Below are positions 18,639 to 26,506 of a stretch of 64,000 bases of DNA, in pieces; position 1 is the stretch's first letter; every line of letters starts with the position of its first letter. The notes beneath the pieces were generated by a model. That model ran no database searches. It saw only the letters and a list, made by a program, of their open reading frames with translations, and was not told the origin of the DNA. Location of the stretch: the IMG/VR virus record IMGVR_UViG_3300017963_000261, positions 7,163 to 71,162 of that record; one strand, given 5' to 3'. Made by a program: the position numbers and the translations under genes. The DNA comes from a virus.

Positions 18639-18717
18639 GGGCAAGTAGCAAAGCGGCAAATGCGCCCGGCTGTAAACTGGGTCCAATGGTTCGCAGGTTC
18701 GAGTCCTGCCTTGCCCA
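18639..18717 (+). tRNA. tRNA-Tyr(GTA)
   Basis: GGGCAAG/CTTGCCC acceptor stem; CCCGG-CTGTAAA-CTGGG anticodon arm; GCAGG-TTCGAGT-CCTGC T arm; A73; no encoded CCA. Confidence 0.9.
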
Positions 18718-18731
18718 CCTTAGAGAGCGAA

Positions 18732-18995
18732 ATGATGCTTGAGGCATTGACACCAGCAGAAGCAAGGCAGATGGTTGACCAAATGCTCCCTGGCACAGGT
18801 TGGCGATTAGGCTATCCAGGACAGCGCCAAGAGCGCATCCACATTCGCGCGGTGGTAGACGACCATCATATCGTATTCCGTGTCTGGAGTCGCAATAAAC
18901 AGCGATGGGGATATTGCGTTGAGCCGCGCCTGCACTTTGAGCTATTCGCTCAAGATGGGGCACTAGAGCAAGTAAGGGAGCGCAGCAATAGATGA
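18732..18995 (+). CDS. hypothetical protein
   Basis: ORF between tRNA and ligase, ATGA coupling. Confidence 0.55.
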   Translation: MMLEALTPAEARQMVDQMLPGTGWRLGYPGQRQERIHIRAVVDDHHIVFRVWSRNKQRWGYCVEPRLHFELFAQDGALEQVRERSNR

Positions 18996-20299
18996 GGCGG
19001 CACAAAGACCTAGATAATCCCGCATACTGTAAGTGGCTCGACTTTCTCCGCGACGCCTCACGTTGGGGGCCTGCCACCATTAAGGAGTGGCAGCGGTCGA
19101 TGTTACGTCAGACGCTATGCCGCGCCGCCCAGTTGCCCGGATACCACGATTTGTGGCAAGGCATCCTGCCCTCTCCTGAGACCTTGCCGGGATTGCCCTG
19201 GCTGACGCGGGAGATGCTGCGTGACCGGCTGGACGACTTTAGCCTACCCGTGGAAGGCCGCTACCGTGTGAGCACAGGCGGCTCCTCTGGCATCCCCATC
19301 AGCATCTACCGCGACCCTGAATCGTTCGCCCGTGAGTTGGCGAGCAAGGCGCACCAGTATCACCGCGTAATGTGGCGCGAGGGGGACCGGCAGATTGTCC
19401 TACGCGGGCGGCCACAGCAGGGCATAGATTTTGTATCCGCATACAACGAACTGCGGTTCTCCTCCTTCCATCTAACCGATGAACAGATGGAGGACTACTG
19501 GCATGCGGCATTGGGCTATGAACCACAATGGCTCCGTTGCTATCCCTCGGCGGGCTACCTGTTCGCCAAGTTCCTGGTGGATCGGGGGCGGGTGCTGCCC
19601 CTGTCGGGCGTACTGTGTGCCTCGGAGAAACTGTATCCATTCCAGAAGCGAATGATGCGCCGTGCCTTCGGTGAGAATGCGCGGATATTCAGCCACTATG
19701 GCAGCTATGAGTTATCTGCCCTGGCTGGCTATTGCCTATACGCGGACACGTATCACGTCTTGCCGTTCTATGGCATCGTCGAACTACTCCGCCCCGATGG
19801 CTCCCACGTCACGCAGCGGGGCGAGGTGGGTGAGATTGTGGCGACCTCATTTGTGGCACGCGCCACGCCCATCGTGCGGTACAAAACGGGCGACTTGGCC
19901 GTGTGGGGTGGTGTGGGCTGCGAACACTGCGGCTTGCCCTATCCGATTTGGCTGGATGTGGAAGGGCGGCGCTGGGAGTTCGTCATCACCAAGACGGGAC
20001 GCAAGTTGTCACCGGCTGCGCTGAATGACCACGGCGACCTGTACGACAATTTGCGCCAGTTCCGATACCACCAGAAAGAGCGGGGCAAGGTAGACCTTCT
20101 GTTCGTGCCGCGTGAATCAGGCGTGAATGTGGCGGCTCTCTATCAGCGTGTCAAGGTGCAATTGGGGGATGACGTGGACTTGACGGTGCGGGCGGTGGAA
20201 TCGCTGCCATTGACGACGAGAGGCAAGCACGGGTTTCTTATTCAAGAACTGGATGTGGACGTGGACTCCACACGCGCGTGGGGGTTTGGGGAAGGATAG
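18992..20299 (+). CDS. CapK/phenylacetate-CoA ligase family adenylate-forming enzyme
   Basis: STGGSSGIP P-loop; YGSYE; RYKTGD; VEGR; TTRGKH. Confidence 0.88.
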   Translation: MRRHKDLDNPAYCKWLDFLRDASRWGPATIKEWQRSMLRQTLCRAAQLPGYHDLWQGILPSPETLPGLPWLTREMLRDRLDDFSLPVEGRYRVSTGGSSGIPISIYRDPESFARELASKAHQYHRVMWREGDRQIVLRGRPQQGIDFVSAYNELRFSSFHLTDEQMEDYWHAALGYEPQWLRCYPSAGYLFAKFLVDRGRVLPLSGVLCASEKLYPFQKRMMRRAFGENARIFSHYGSYELSALAGYCLYADTYHVLPFYGIVELLRPDGSHVTQRGEVGEIVATSFVARATPIVRYKTGDLAVWGGVGCEHCGLPYPIWLDVEGRRWEFVITKTGRKLSPAALNDHGDLYDNLRQFRYHQKERGKVDLLFVPRESGVNVAALYQRVKVQLGDDVDLTVRAVESLPLTTRGKHGFLIQELDVDVDSTRAWGFGEG

Positions 20300-20353
20300 A
20301 ATGAGGAAACCGACACGTGGTCAGTGGACTCCACGCACGCGTGGGGGTTTGGG
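20261..20353. repeat. two 30-bp palindromic direct repeats separated by 33 bp
   Basis: GTGGACTCCAC(A/G)C(G/A)CGCGTGGGGGTTTGGG at 20261-20290 and 20324-20353. Confidence 0.85.
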
Positions 20354-20549
20354 TTGGCGAATCATAGATGTATTGGCCTTTCTTGTTGTATTGGGCTGTG
20401 CTGGCATTGTAATGTATTACGGTCTCATCTATTGGATACTACATCCTGAGCTTACGGGGATGCAGGTGTTCTTGGCAAATTGGTTGCCTATAGGTTCAGC
20501 TATGATGGGAATGCTTGTTCTCTTGGGCATTTTTGGAGATGAGAAGTGA
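20301..20549 (+). CDS. small membrane protein (2 TM)
   Basis: Two hydrophobic stretches; locally AT-richer. Confidence 0.6.
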   Translation: MRKPTRGQWTPRTRGGLGWRIIDVLAFLVVLGCAGIVMYYGLIYWILHPELTGMQVFLANWLPIGSAMMGMLVLLGIFGDEK

Positions 20550-21571
20550 CCACACTACTTGCCGCAGGTGATACCCTCTGCCGACCCGCTGAGGGCAAGC
20601 ACTACCCGTTCACGCACGTTCACCGCGCACTGGCAGAGGCCGACTTGTGCCTGCTCAATTTGGAGGCGGCGCTCACCGACCATCCCCCCACGGCCAAGAA
20701 GCACATTCGACTCCAGACACCAGCGATAATGGCGGGCTGGCTGGACGTGGCAGGCATCGACGTGGCCCACCTGGACAATAATCACACGATGGACTGTGGG
20801 GAACTGGGCTATCGGGATACATTGGCCTCGGTGGCGGGGGCCGGGGCGCATCCGCTAACCGTGCGCCGTCGGTGTGTACTGGAAGGCGTTGGATTCTGTG
20901 GCGGGCGGGTATTCGCCTATGATGGGCGCGGCGAGGCGCGGATATTGCGCCAGTTGGCCCAACTGCTCAAGGACACCAAGACGGCGATTGTGTCGCTGCA
21001 CTGGGGCGAGGAACATATGCCCTACCCGTCACCGGGGCAAGTGCGTTTTGCCCGTTCGCTGGTGGACCACGGGGCGACGGTGGTCGTGGGCCACCACCCC
21101 CACTGCCCGCAGGGGATTGAAGAGTACCGGGATGGGTTGATTGCCTACAGCCTGGGCAATTTCAACTTTTGGCAGTTTGATGTGCCACCGCAATGGTACA
21201 ATCGTCTGGGGTTGATGCTGCGCGTGGCGCTGTCGGCCGGGGGCATCGCGCATTGGGAGGTGATGCCTGTCTCTATCGGGGAGGACTATCGGCCTGTCAC
21301 CATCGCCAATGCACACGCCGAACGGGTGTTGCTGGACAAACTGAGCGCGGGCATCGGGAGGCAGTCAGAGCGTGAGTGGTACGAGATGCTGGGCTGGGAG
21401 TACGTCCGGCAGACGGTGCGCTCTAGCCTACTGGCGGCAAGGGCGCACGGACTGGAACCACTGCGGCGGTTGGTGCGCTGGTTCACCTTGCGTCACGCAC
21501 GCAAGGCCATTGCCGGGGCGTTGAGGGCGGGGCCGGTGGATAGGTGGGATGGGTTGTGCTTGAACCACTGA
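20546..21571 (+). CDS. CapA/PGA_cap family metallophosphoesterase-like protein
   Basis: AGD, NLE, NNHTMD, SLHWGEE, GHHPH, YSLGNF. Confidence 0.9.
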   Translation: MTTLLAAGDTLCRPAEGKHYPFTHVHRALAEADLCLLNLEAALTDHPPTAKKHIRLQTPAIMAGWLDVAGIDVAHLDNNHTMDCGELGYRDTLASVAGAGAHPLTVRRRCVLEGVGFCGGRVFAYDGRGEARILRQLAQLLKDTKTAIVSLHWGEEHMPYPSPGQVRFARSLVDHGATVVVGHHPHCPQGIEEYRDGLIAYSLGNFNFWQFDVPPQWYNRLGLMLRVALSAGGIAHWEVMPVSIGEDYRPVTIANAHAERVLLDKLSAGIGRQSEREWYEMLGWEYVRQTVRSSLLAARAHGLEPLRRLVRWFTLRHARKAIAGALRAGPVDRWDGLCLNH

Positions 21572-22254
21572 CCCGCACGTTCACAGACTACGCCAGCATC
21601 GAACTGGTAGACTACTACCCATCCCTGGCGCGCACCTATACCTATGACGAACAGCAGACGATGGCCTGGATTGTGGAGCACGCGCGGTCGAATTGGGTGG
21701 CCGTGGACGTTGGCGCGCACGTTGGCGTATACACGATGCTCCTTGCGCGGCTGTGCCGATGGGTACACGCATTTGAGGCGTGCCCTGATACCTATGCCAA
21801 GCTGTTGGCTAACCTGGAGCACAATAGGCTGGGCGGGAACGTCATCGCCAATCTGGCTGTCCTGGGCGACGTGCCTGGGATGCACACCGAGACGCTGTGG
21901 TTCGCGGGGCGCGCATCCATCGGCAAGGCGCAAGAGGAGACGACAGAGGTCGAGGTTGTCACGCTAGACGGGTACGGGGGGCATAATGCCCAGAGTCCTG
22001 TGTGGTGGTCCTATGGTTGGGAGCGCCTGGACTTTCTCAAGGTAGACGTGGATGGATGGGATTTGGAGGTGCTGCGCGGGGCGCGAGACACCATCAACCG
22101 GCATCGCCCTGTCATCGTGGTTGAGGTCAACGAATCCCTGGAACGCCGGGGGCATACGGTACGTGAGGTCGTGGACTGGGTGAACGAGATGCGCTACACC
22201 ATCCGCCCGATAGACTGGCCTGCGCCGGGAAACTGGCTGATGGAGCCGCGATGA
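21544..22254 (+). CDS. FkbM family methyltransferase
   Basis: VDVGAHVG; AFEA; LKVDVDG...VLRGA. Confidence 0.88.
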   Translation: MGWVVLEPLTRTFTDYASIELVDYYPSLARTYTYDEQQTMAWIVEHARSNWVAVDVGAHVGVYTMLLARLCRWVHAFEACPDTYAKLLANLEHNRLGGNVIANLAVLGDVPGMHTETLWFAGRASIGKAQEETTEVEVVTLDGYGGHNAQSPVWWSYGWERLDFLKVDVDGWDLEVLRGARDTINRHRPVIVVEVNESLERRGHTVREVVDWVNEMRYTIRPIDWPAPGNWLMEPR

Positions 22255-23294
22255 AACTGGCCTTTGTCACTCAACGCTATATGCCCGAATACACTTGGGA
22301 GACCACGCGCTGGTCAACGCCAGACGAGATGTTGGATGCCTACGCGCTGCGCTCCAAGAATTATGGGATGATATACGAACTGCGCGCCGACTGTTACGTG
22401 ATAGAGGATGCACACGAGACGGGCGTTCACCGGATGCTCAAGCGGCTGCATCCAGAGGGCATCGCGGCGCTGTATGCCAAGCGCAAGGCCACTCCCTGGC
22501 GCAAGGTGCCGTGGGAGAATTACGAGGTTGTCATCACCATTGACCCGTGTCTGACGCCAGAACTCACGGCACGATACCCGAAGATACTCTGGTGCTACTA
22601 TGCGGGCGAACACAAAGCGCCGGACTACAAAGCCTCTTGCCAAGCGCCCTATCCCGGCTACGACGTGTTTATGGACCACGTACTCAGAATAAAGATGCCA
22701 CGCCCGTTCCGATTGCCTGTATCTGTGCCCTTCCCGGCACTGGCAAGCAAGCGGGCATTTGATGACGTGCTGCATTACGTCAAGCGCGATAACGGGGTAT
22801 TCTTGGACAGTCGGGCGCTACGCAAGGAGAAGAACCACCGGGACGCCCTCAAGCGGCTATCTGAACAAGTTGGTCTGCCGGTGCGTGCGCCGCGACCGTG
22901 GAACTATGCCGCCTCCTACCTGGAGGCAGCGCGGGGCAACATCGAATCCCCACGCAAGTACCTGGAACGGGTGAAATCGTGCCGCTACTTTGTGCTGATG
23001 CGGGGCACCAAGCGCGGGCCATCGGGCCTCATCGGCCAAGCGGCTATTGAGGCGGCTGCCTGTGGGTGCATTGTGCTGTCTGGTCACGGTCGCTATCCAG
23101 ACCGGCTCTGCCACTTGGAGGGCTACATCGATCCGAAGAACTGGAACAGCGTGATAGAGCGCATCAAGCGACTGGAGGCCGACGAGCGATTGCGTGCTGA
23201 GGTGCTGGCCCACCAGGAGCGCAAGTTGAAAGAGCAGTTCTGGGAGTACCCGATGTCCATCTTGGGTGAATTATTGGAAAGGAAACGGGAATGA
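22251..23294 (+). CDS. putative GT-B glycosyltransferase-like protein, paralog 1
   Basis: IGQAAIEAAACGCIVL donor-binding-like motif. Confidence 0.6.
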   Translation: MKLAFVTQRYMPEYTWETTRWSTPDEMLDAYALRSKNYGMIYELRADCYVIEDAHETGVHRMLKRLHPEGIAALYAKRKATPWRKVPWENYEVVITIDPCLTPELTARYPKILWCYYAGEHKAPDYKASCQAPYPGYDVFMDHVLRIKMPRPFRLPVSVPFPALASKRAFDDVLHYVKRDNGVFLDSRALRKEKNHRDALKRLSEQVGLPVRAPRPWNYAASYLEAARGNIESPRKYLERVKSCRYFVLMRGTKRGPSGLIGQAAIEAAACGCIVLSGHGRYPDRLCHLEGYIDPKNWNSVIERIKRLEADERLRAEVLAHQERKLKEQFWEYPMSILGELLERKRE

Positions 23295-24337
23295 GGTTTG
23301 CCATCGTCAAGCAGCGATATGTACCCGGCTACACCTGGCGCTCCCATCGGTGGGACAACCCCAAGAGTGTCATCGGCGACTTTATGCTGCGCAGCAAGAA
23401 CTTCGGCCTACTATTCCACACTGAGGGAGACGTATGGGTGGTCGAGGATTGGCCCTACACTTCGCATATGCACCAGCGACTCAAGGACCATCAGCCCGCT
23501 GCCCTGGATGCCCTACGCACTGCACAAGAGGCCGTGCCCATCGACGCCGTGCCGTGGGATGAGTACGATGTGGTGATTAGCGTGGACCCGATTCTGCCCC
23601 GCTACCTGTTCCGCAAGTATCCGCGAGTACTATGGACCTACTATGCTGGGGAGCACAAGTGCGGCGATTGGACGGGCGACAAGCCGCGCTATGGCTATGA
23701 CTTGTTCTTGGATCATACGTTCGATGGAATGGCACCGGAGGGCAACAAGAGCAACAAGCTGCCCGCCGTGGCGCATTGGCCGATGGTGGCATCCGCCAAG
23801 TCGTTCCAGTCTGTGGTGAGCTACAAGCAGCGCGGCCAACGGCTGTTCCTGGACTCACACGGTATCCGGCACATTCAAGACCTGGACGCCTATCGCGCCA
23901 AGCTAGAGGAGCAGTTCGGGATGGAGGTTACGCATCCTCAACCGTGGGACTTTTCGCGCTCCTTTATGGCCGTGGCGCAACGCCAGATGTGGAGCACGCG
24001 GCGCTACTTGCAAGAAGTAGCGCGATGCCGCTATGCCTGGATACCACGCCAAGATGAATACATCGGCCAGGCTGCCCCAGAAGCGGCGGCGCTGGGCTGC
24101 ATCGTGTTGGCTGACTATCGGGCCACGTATCCGGCGATGTTGTGTCACCCGGTAACGCTGATGATAGACGGCAGCGACACGGAGGAGGCAGCGCGCATCG
24201 TACAGGCGCTAGAGGACAATGAACAGTTGCGGCGAGATGCACGCGCCTATCAAGACAAGCGGCTACTTGAGCACTTCCAGCGTAGGCCGTTGGATGTGTT
24301 GGGGCATTATGTGCGGGTGAAGCGGGGGGAGATATGA
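23291..24337 (+). CDS. putative GT-B glycosyltransferase-like protein, paralog 2
   Basis: Shares LRSKN, VPW..Y.VVI, YYAGEHK, IGQAA.EAAA.GCIVL with the preceding gene. Confidence 0.6.
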   Translation: MRFAIVKQRYVPGYTWRSHRWDNPKSVIGDFMLRSKNFGLLFHTEGDVWVVEDWPYTSHMHQRLKDHQPAALDALRTAQEAVPIDAVPWDEYDVVISVDPILPRYLFRKYPRVLWTYYAGEHKCGDWTGDKPRYGYDLFLDHTFDGMAPEGNKSNKLPAVAHWPMVASAKSFQSVVSYKQRGQRLFLDSHGIRHIQDLDAYRAKLEEQFGMEVTHPQPWDFSRSFMAVAQRQMWSTRRYLQEVARCRYAWIPRQDEYIGQAAPEAAALGCIVLADYRATYPAMLCHPVTLMIDGSDTEEAARIVQALEDNEQLRRDARAYQDKRLLEHFQRRPLDVLGHYVRVKRGEI

Positions 24338-25188
24338 AAGTAAGCATCATCACCGCAGGGCGCAACGATAACTATGGCGGCGATTTTAGGGGCCGCACGC
24401 TGACAGCCACGGAGTACAACCAAGCTCAGGCAGAGCGCCACGGCATCGACGTAGAGTGGCTGTTCGTGGAGTGGAACCCGCTGGACGAGAACTATCTATC
24501 CTATGAACTGGCCGCCAAGTACGGCTACACCTGCTACGTGGTGGCACCGGAGATACACGCCAAGCGCGTTCACCCTGACGTGGCGGGCCGAATGACCTTC
24601 TGCCAGTTCCTCGCTGTGAACGTGGGATTGCGGCGGGCCACGGGCGACTGGCTGCTCTGCACGCACCCGGATGATGCCATAGGGCCGGACGTGTGGCAGC
24701 GGCTCAATCAGCCGCTAGACATCGAAACCATCTATCGCGCACGTAGGTATGATGTCCCGGCGGGACATTTCGGTCAGAGTTGGCAAGAGATGACCGCACG
24801 CCGGGGCTTGGACCACGGGGGCGGCTACACCAATGCAGCGGGTGATTTCCTGCTGTTCAGCGCAGAGTACCGACGGGGGTTTGATGAGTGGGCAGCCTCA
24901 TTTAGCGACGTGCATACAGACGGGCGATTCGTGTGCTCTTGGATGCGGGAGCGCACGGGCGACATCCACTGGAACACGCGCTACTGCCAGTTCATCGGCA
25001 CCATCTACAAGTGCGACCATCCGATGATCTACCGGCGCAGCGGTGGCGCGCACCGGGGCAAGCCCAAGTGGAAATCAAAGGAGCGGCGCACCCGAAGCGG
25101 GCGCGGCCTGTACGACAACCCGCCGGATTGGGGACTAGCCAGCGAGCCAGTACGCCAGTTGGTTGAGGGGGTGTGGTACATTGGTTAA
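24334..25188 (+). CDS. GT2-like glycosyltransferase
   Basis: VSIITAGRNDNYGG; VEWNP; NVGLRRATGDWLLCTHPD; NAAGDF. Confidence 0.8.
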   Translation: MKVSIITAGRNDNYGGDFRGRTLTATEYNQAQAERHGIDVEWLFVEWNPLDENYLSYELAAKYGYTCYVVAPEIHAKRVHPDVAGRMTFCQFLAVNVGLRRATGDWLLCTHPDDAIGPDVWQRLNQPLDIETIYRARRYDVPAGHFGQSWQEMTARRGLDHGGGYTNAAGDFLLFSAEYRRGFDEWAASFSDVHTDGRFVCSWMRERTGDIHWNTRYCQFIGTIYKCDHPMIYRRSGGAHRGKPKWKSKERRTRSGRGLYDNPPDWGLASEPVRQLVEGVWYIG

Positions 25189-26506
25189 GCTGGGTATCGA
25201 ACGCAGGCGCAATAGCCACCTGATGCTCAAGGCGCGCCAGCACTGGTACAACAATGAGGGCGGGCCGTTCGTGGTGGATGGAGTCAACGTCACCCGTCGT
25301 CAGATGGACGTACACGGCGGGCCGGACCCGACGCACTATCGATGCGAAACCTGCCAGGCGCTAGAGTGGACATCGCGCACGACGCAAACGAATCGCTGGC
25401 ACCGGCACAGCTGCAAGAACACGGGGCGATTGAGAGAGGAAGTTATCGCCTCTTGCAAGCGCCAGGGCAGCGAGTGGTGGACGCACATGCACTCCTGCTA
25501 CTGGTATGGCGTAGCCCACGACCCGACGCTGAATGCGCCCAAGATGGCCGTATTCTACACCACGGAACGAGGCTATCGGGAGTTCTGGACACGGGCCGGA
25601 TTCCACGTCAACATCAACAAGCAGCGGTGCTTTGCCCGTGCCTGCCAAGTCGAACCGTTCCTGTTGTCCGATATGCCGCGCATCGACTGGAAGCAATACG
25701 ACCTGTGCCTGATTCACAACCGGCGAGAGGTGGAGCTCTATCCACGCCCCACAGTGCCTATCATTCTCTTCTGTTGGGACCCGTGGAAAGGAAACCCGCA
25801 AGCAGCACTCAATCACTATCAGCCGGAACACGTCATCTCGCCATCACCGCAATTGTGGTTGGACAAGATGACGATGCCGAAGCACACGAAGGTATGGTTG
25901 TATGCAGCCGGAGAGGGCAACTACTTCACGCACCCCAACCTGGAACCGACACGCAAGTGCGTGGATTTGGTGGTGCTAGGCGCGCTGTCATCCCAGCACT
26001 ATGCACCGCGCAAGGCATTTCAGAGACAACTGGAGAGCCTACCGGGGCGATTCCTGACGCTACACCTGCACGAGCCGAACCACGGGATGACGCTGCCCGA
26101 AGCGCCGCTGTCAGAGTACAATGGATTCCTGAACGTGTACGTGGACCAGATAGGCCGTGGGCGCTATGCCACGTTCGGGCCGTGTGGCGGGGAAGCGGCC
26201 ACGATAATGGCGATGAAAACCTACGAGGTGTTGGGAAGCGGGGCAATTCCCATCCTGCCCGAAGTGCCCGACCTGGCGCGCCTGGGCATCGAGCCGGGGG
26301 TACATTACATCCCCTTCTCAGAGATACGGGCGAACAACAAGCGGTTGGCCTACCTGTTGGGCCACTACAGCGACCACCGGCACATCGCCCAGGCTGCCGT
26401 CAAGTGGCACCAAGAGCACGCCGACCGGCTGTTGTTCGATGGATTTGAGAATGTGGTGCAGGCAGCGACGGGGGGCAAGTTCCCACGCAGGAGACTGGAT
26501 GGATAG
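25181..26506 (+). CDS. Cys/His-rich domain plus CgeB-like glycosyltransferase
   Basis: MKTYEVLGSGAIPIL...PGVHYIP...IAQAA; N-terminal CETC...HSC...C...HSC; start uncertain. Confidence 0.7.
   Translation: MVKLGIERRRNSHLMLKARQHWYNNEGGPFVVDGVNVTRRQMDVHGGPDPTHYRCETCQALEWTSRTTQTNRWHRHSCKNTGRLREEVIASCKRQGSEWWTHMHSCYWYGVAHDPTLNAPKMAVFYTTERGYREFWTRAGFHVNINKQRCFARACQVEPFLLSDMPRIDWKQYDLCLIHNRREVELYPRPTVPIILFCWDPWKGNPQAALNHYQPEHVISPSPQLWLDKMTMPKHTKVWLYAAGEGNYFTHPNLEPTRKCVDLVVLGALSSQHYAPRKAFQRQLESLPGRFLTLHLHEPNHGMTLPEAPLSEYNGFLNVYVDQIGRGRYATFGPCGGEAATIMAMKTYEVLGSGAIPILPEVPDLARLGIEPGVHYIPFSEIRANNKRLAYLLGHYSDHRHIAQAAVKWHQEHADRLLFDGFENVVQAATGGKFPRRRLDG

Noticed and set aside
18618-18731. ORF extension across the tRNA
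   Set aside because: The region is the tRNA-Tyr and its promoter
20261-20353. Bona fide CRISPR array
   Set aside because: Only two repeats, no leader or cas genes, overlaps coding ends; kept only as a candidate finding
25342-26448. 368-aa alternative-frame ORF
   Set aside because: GC-rich off-frame ORF inside a GT gene that has a clear paralog
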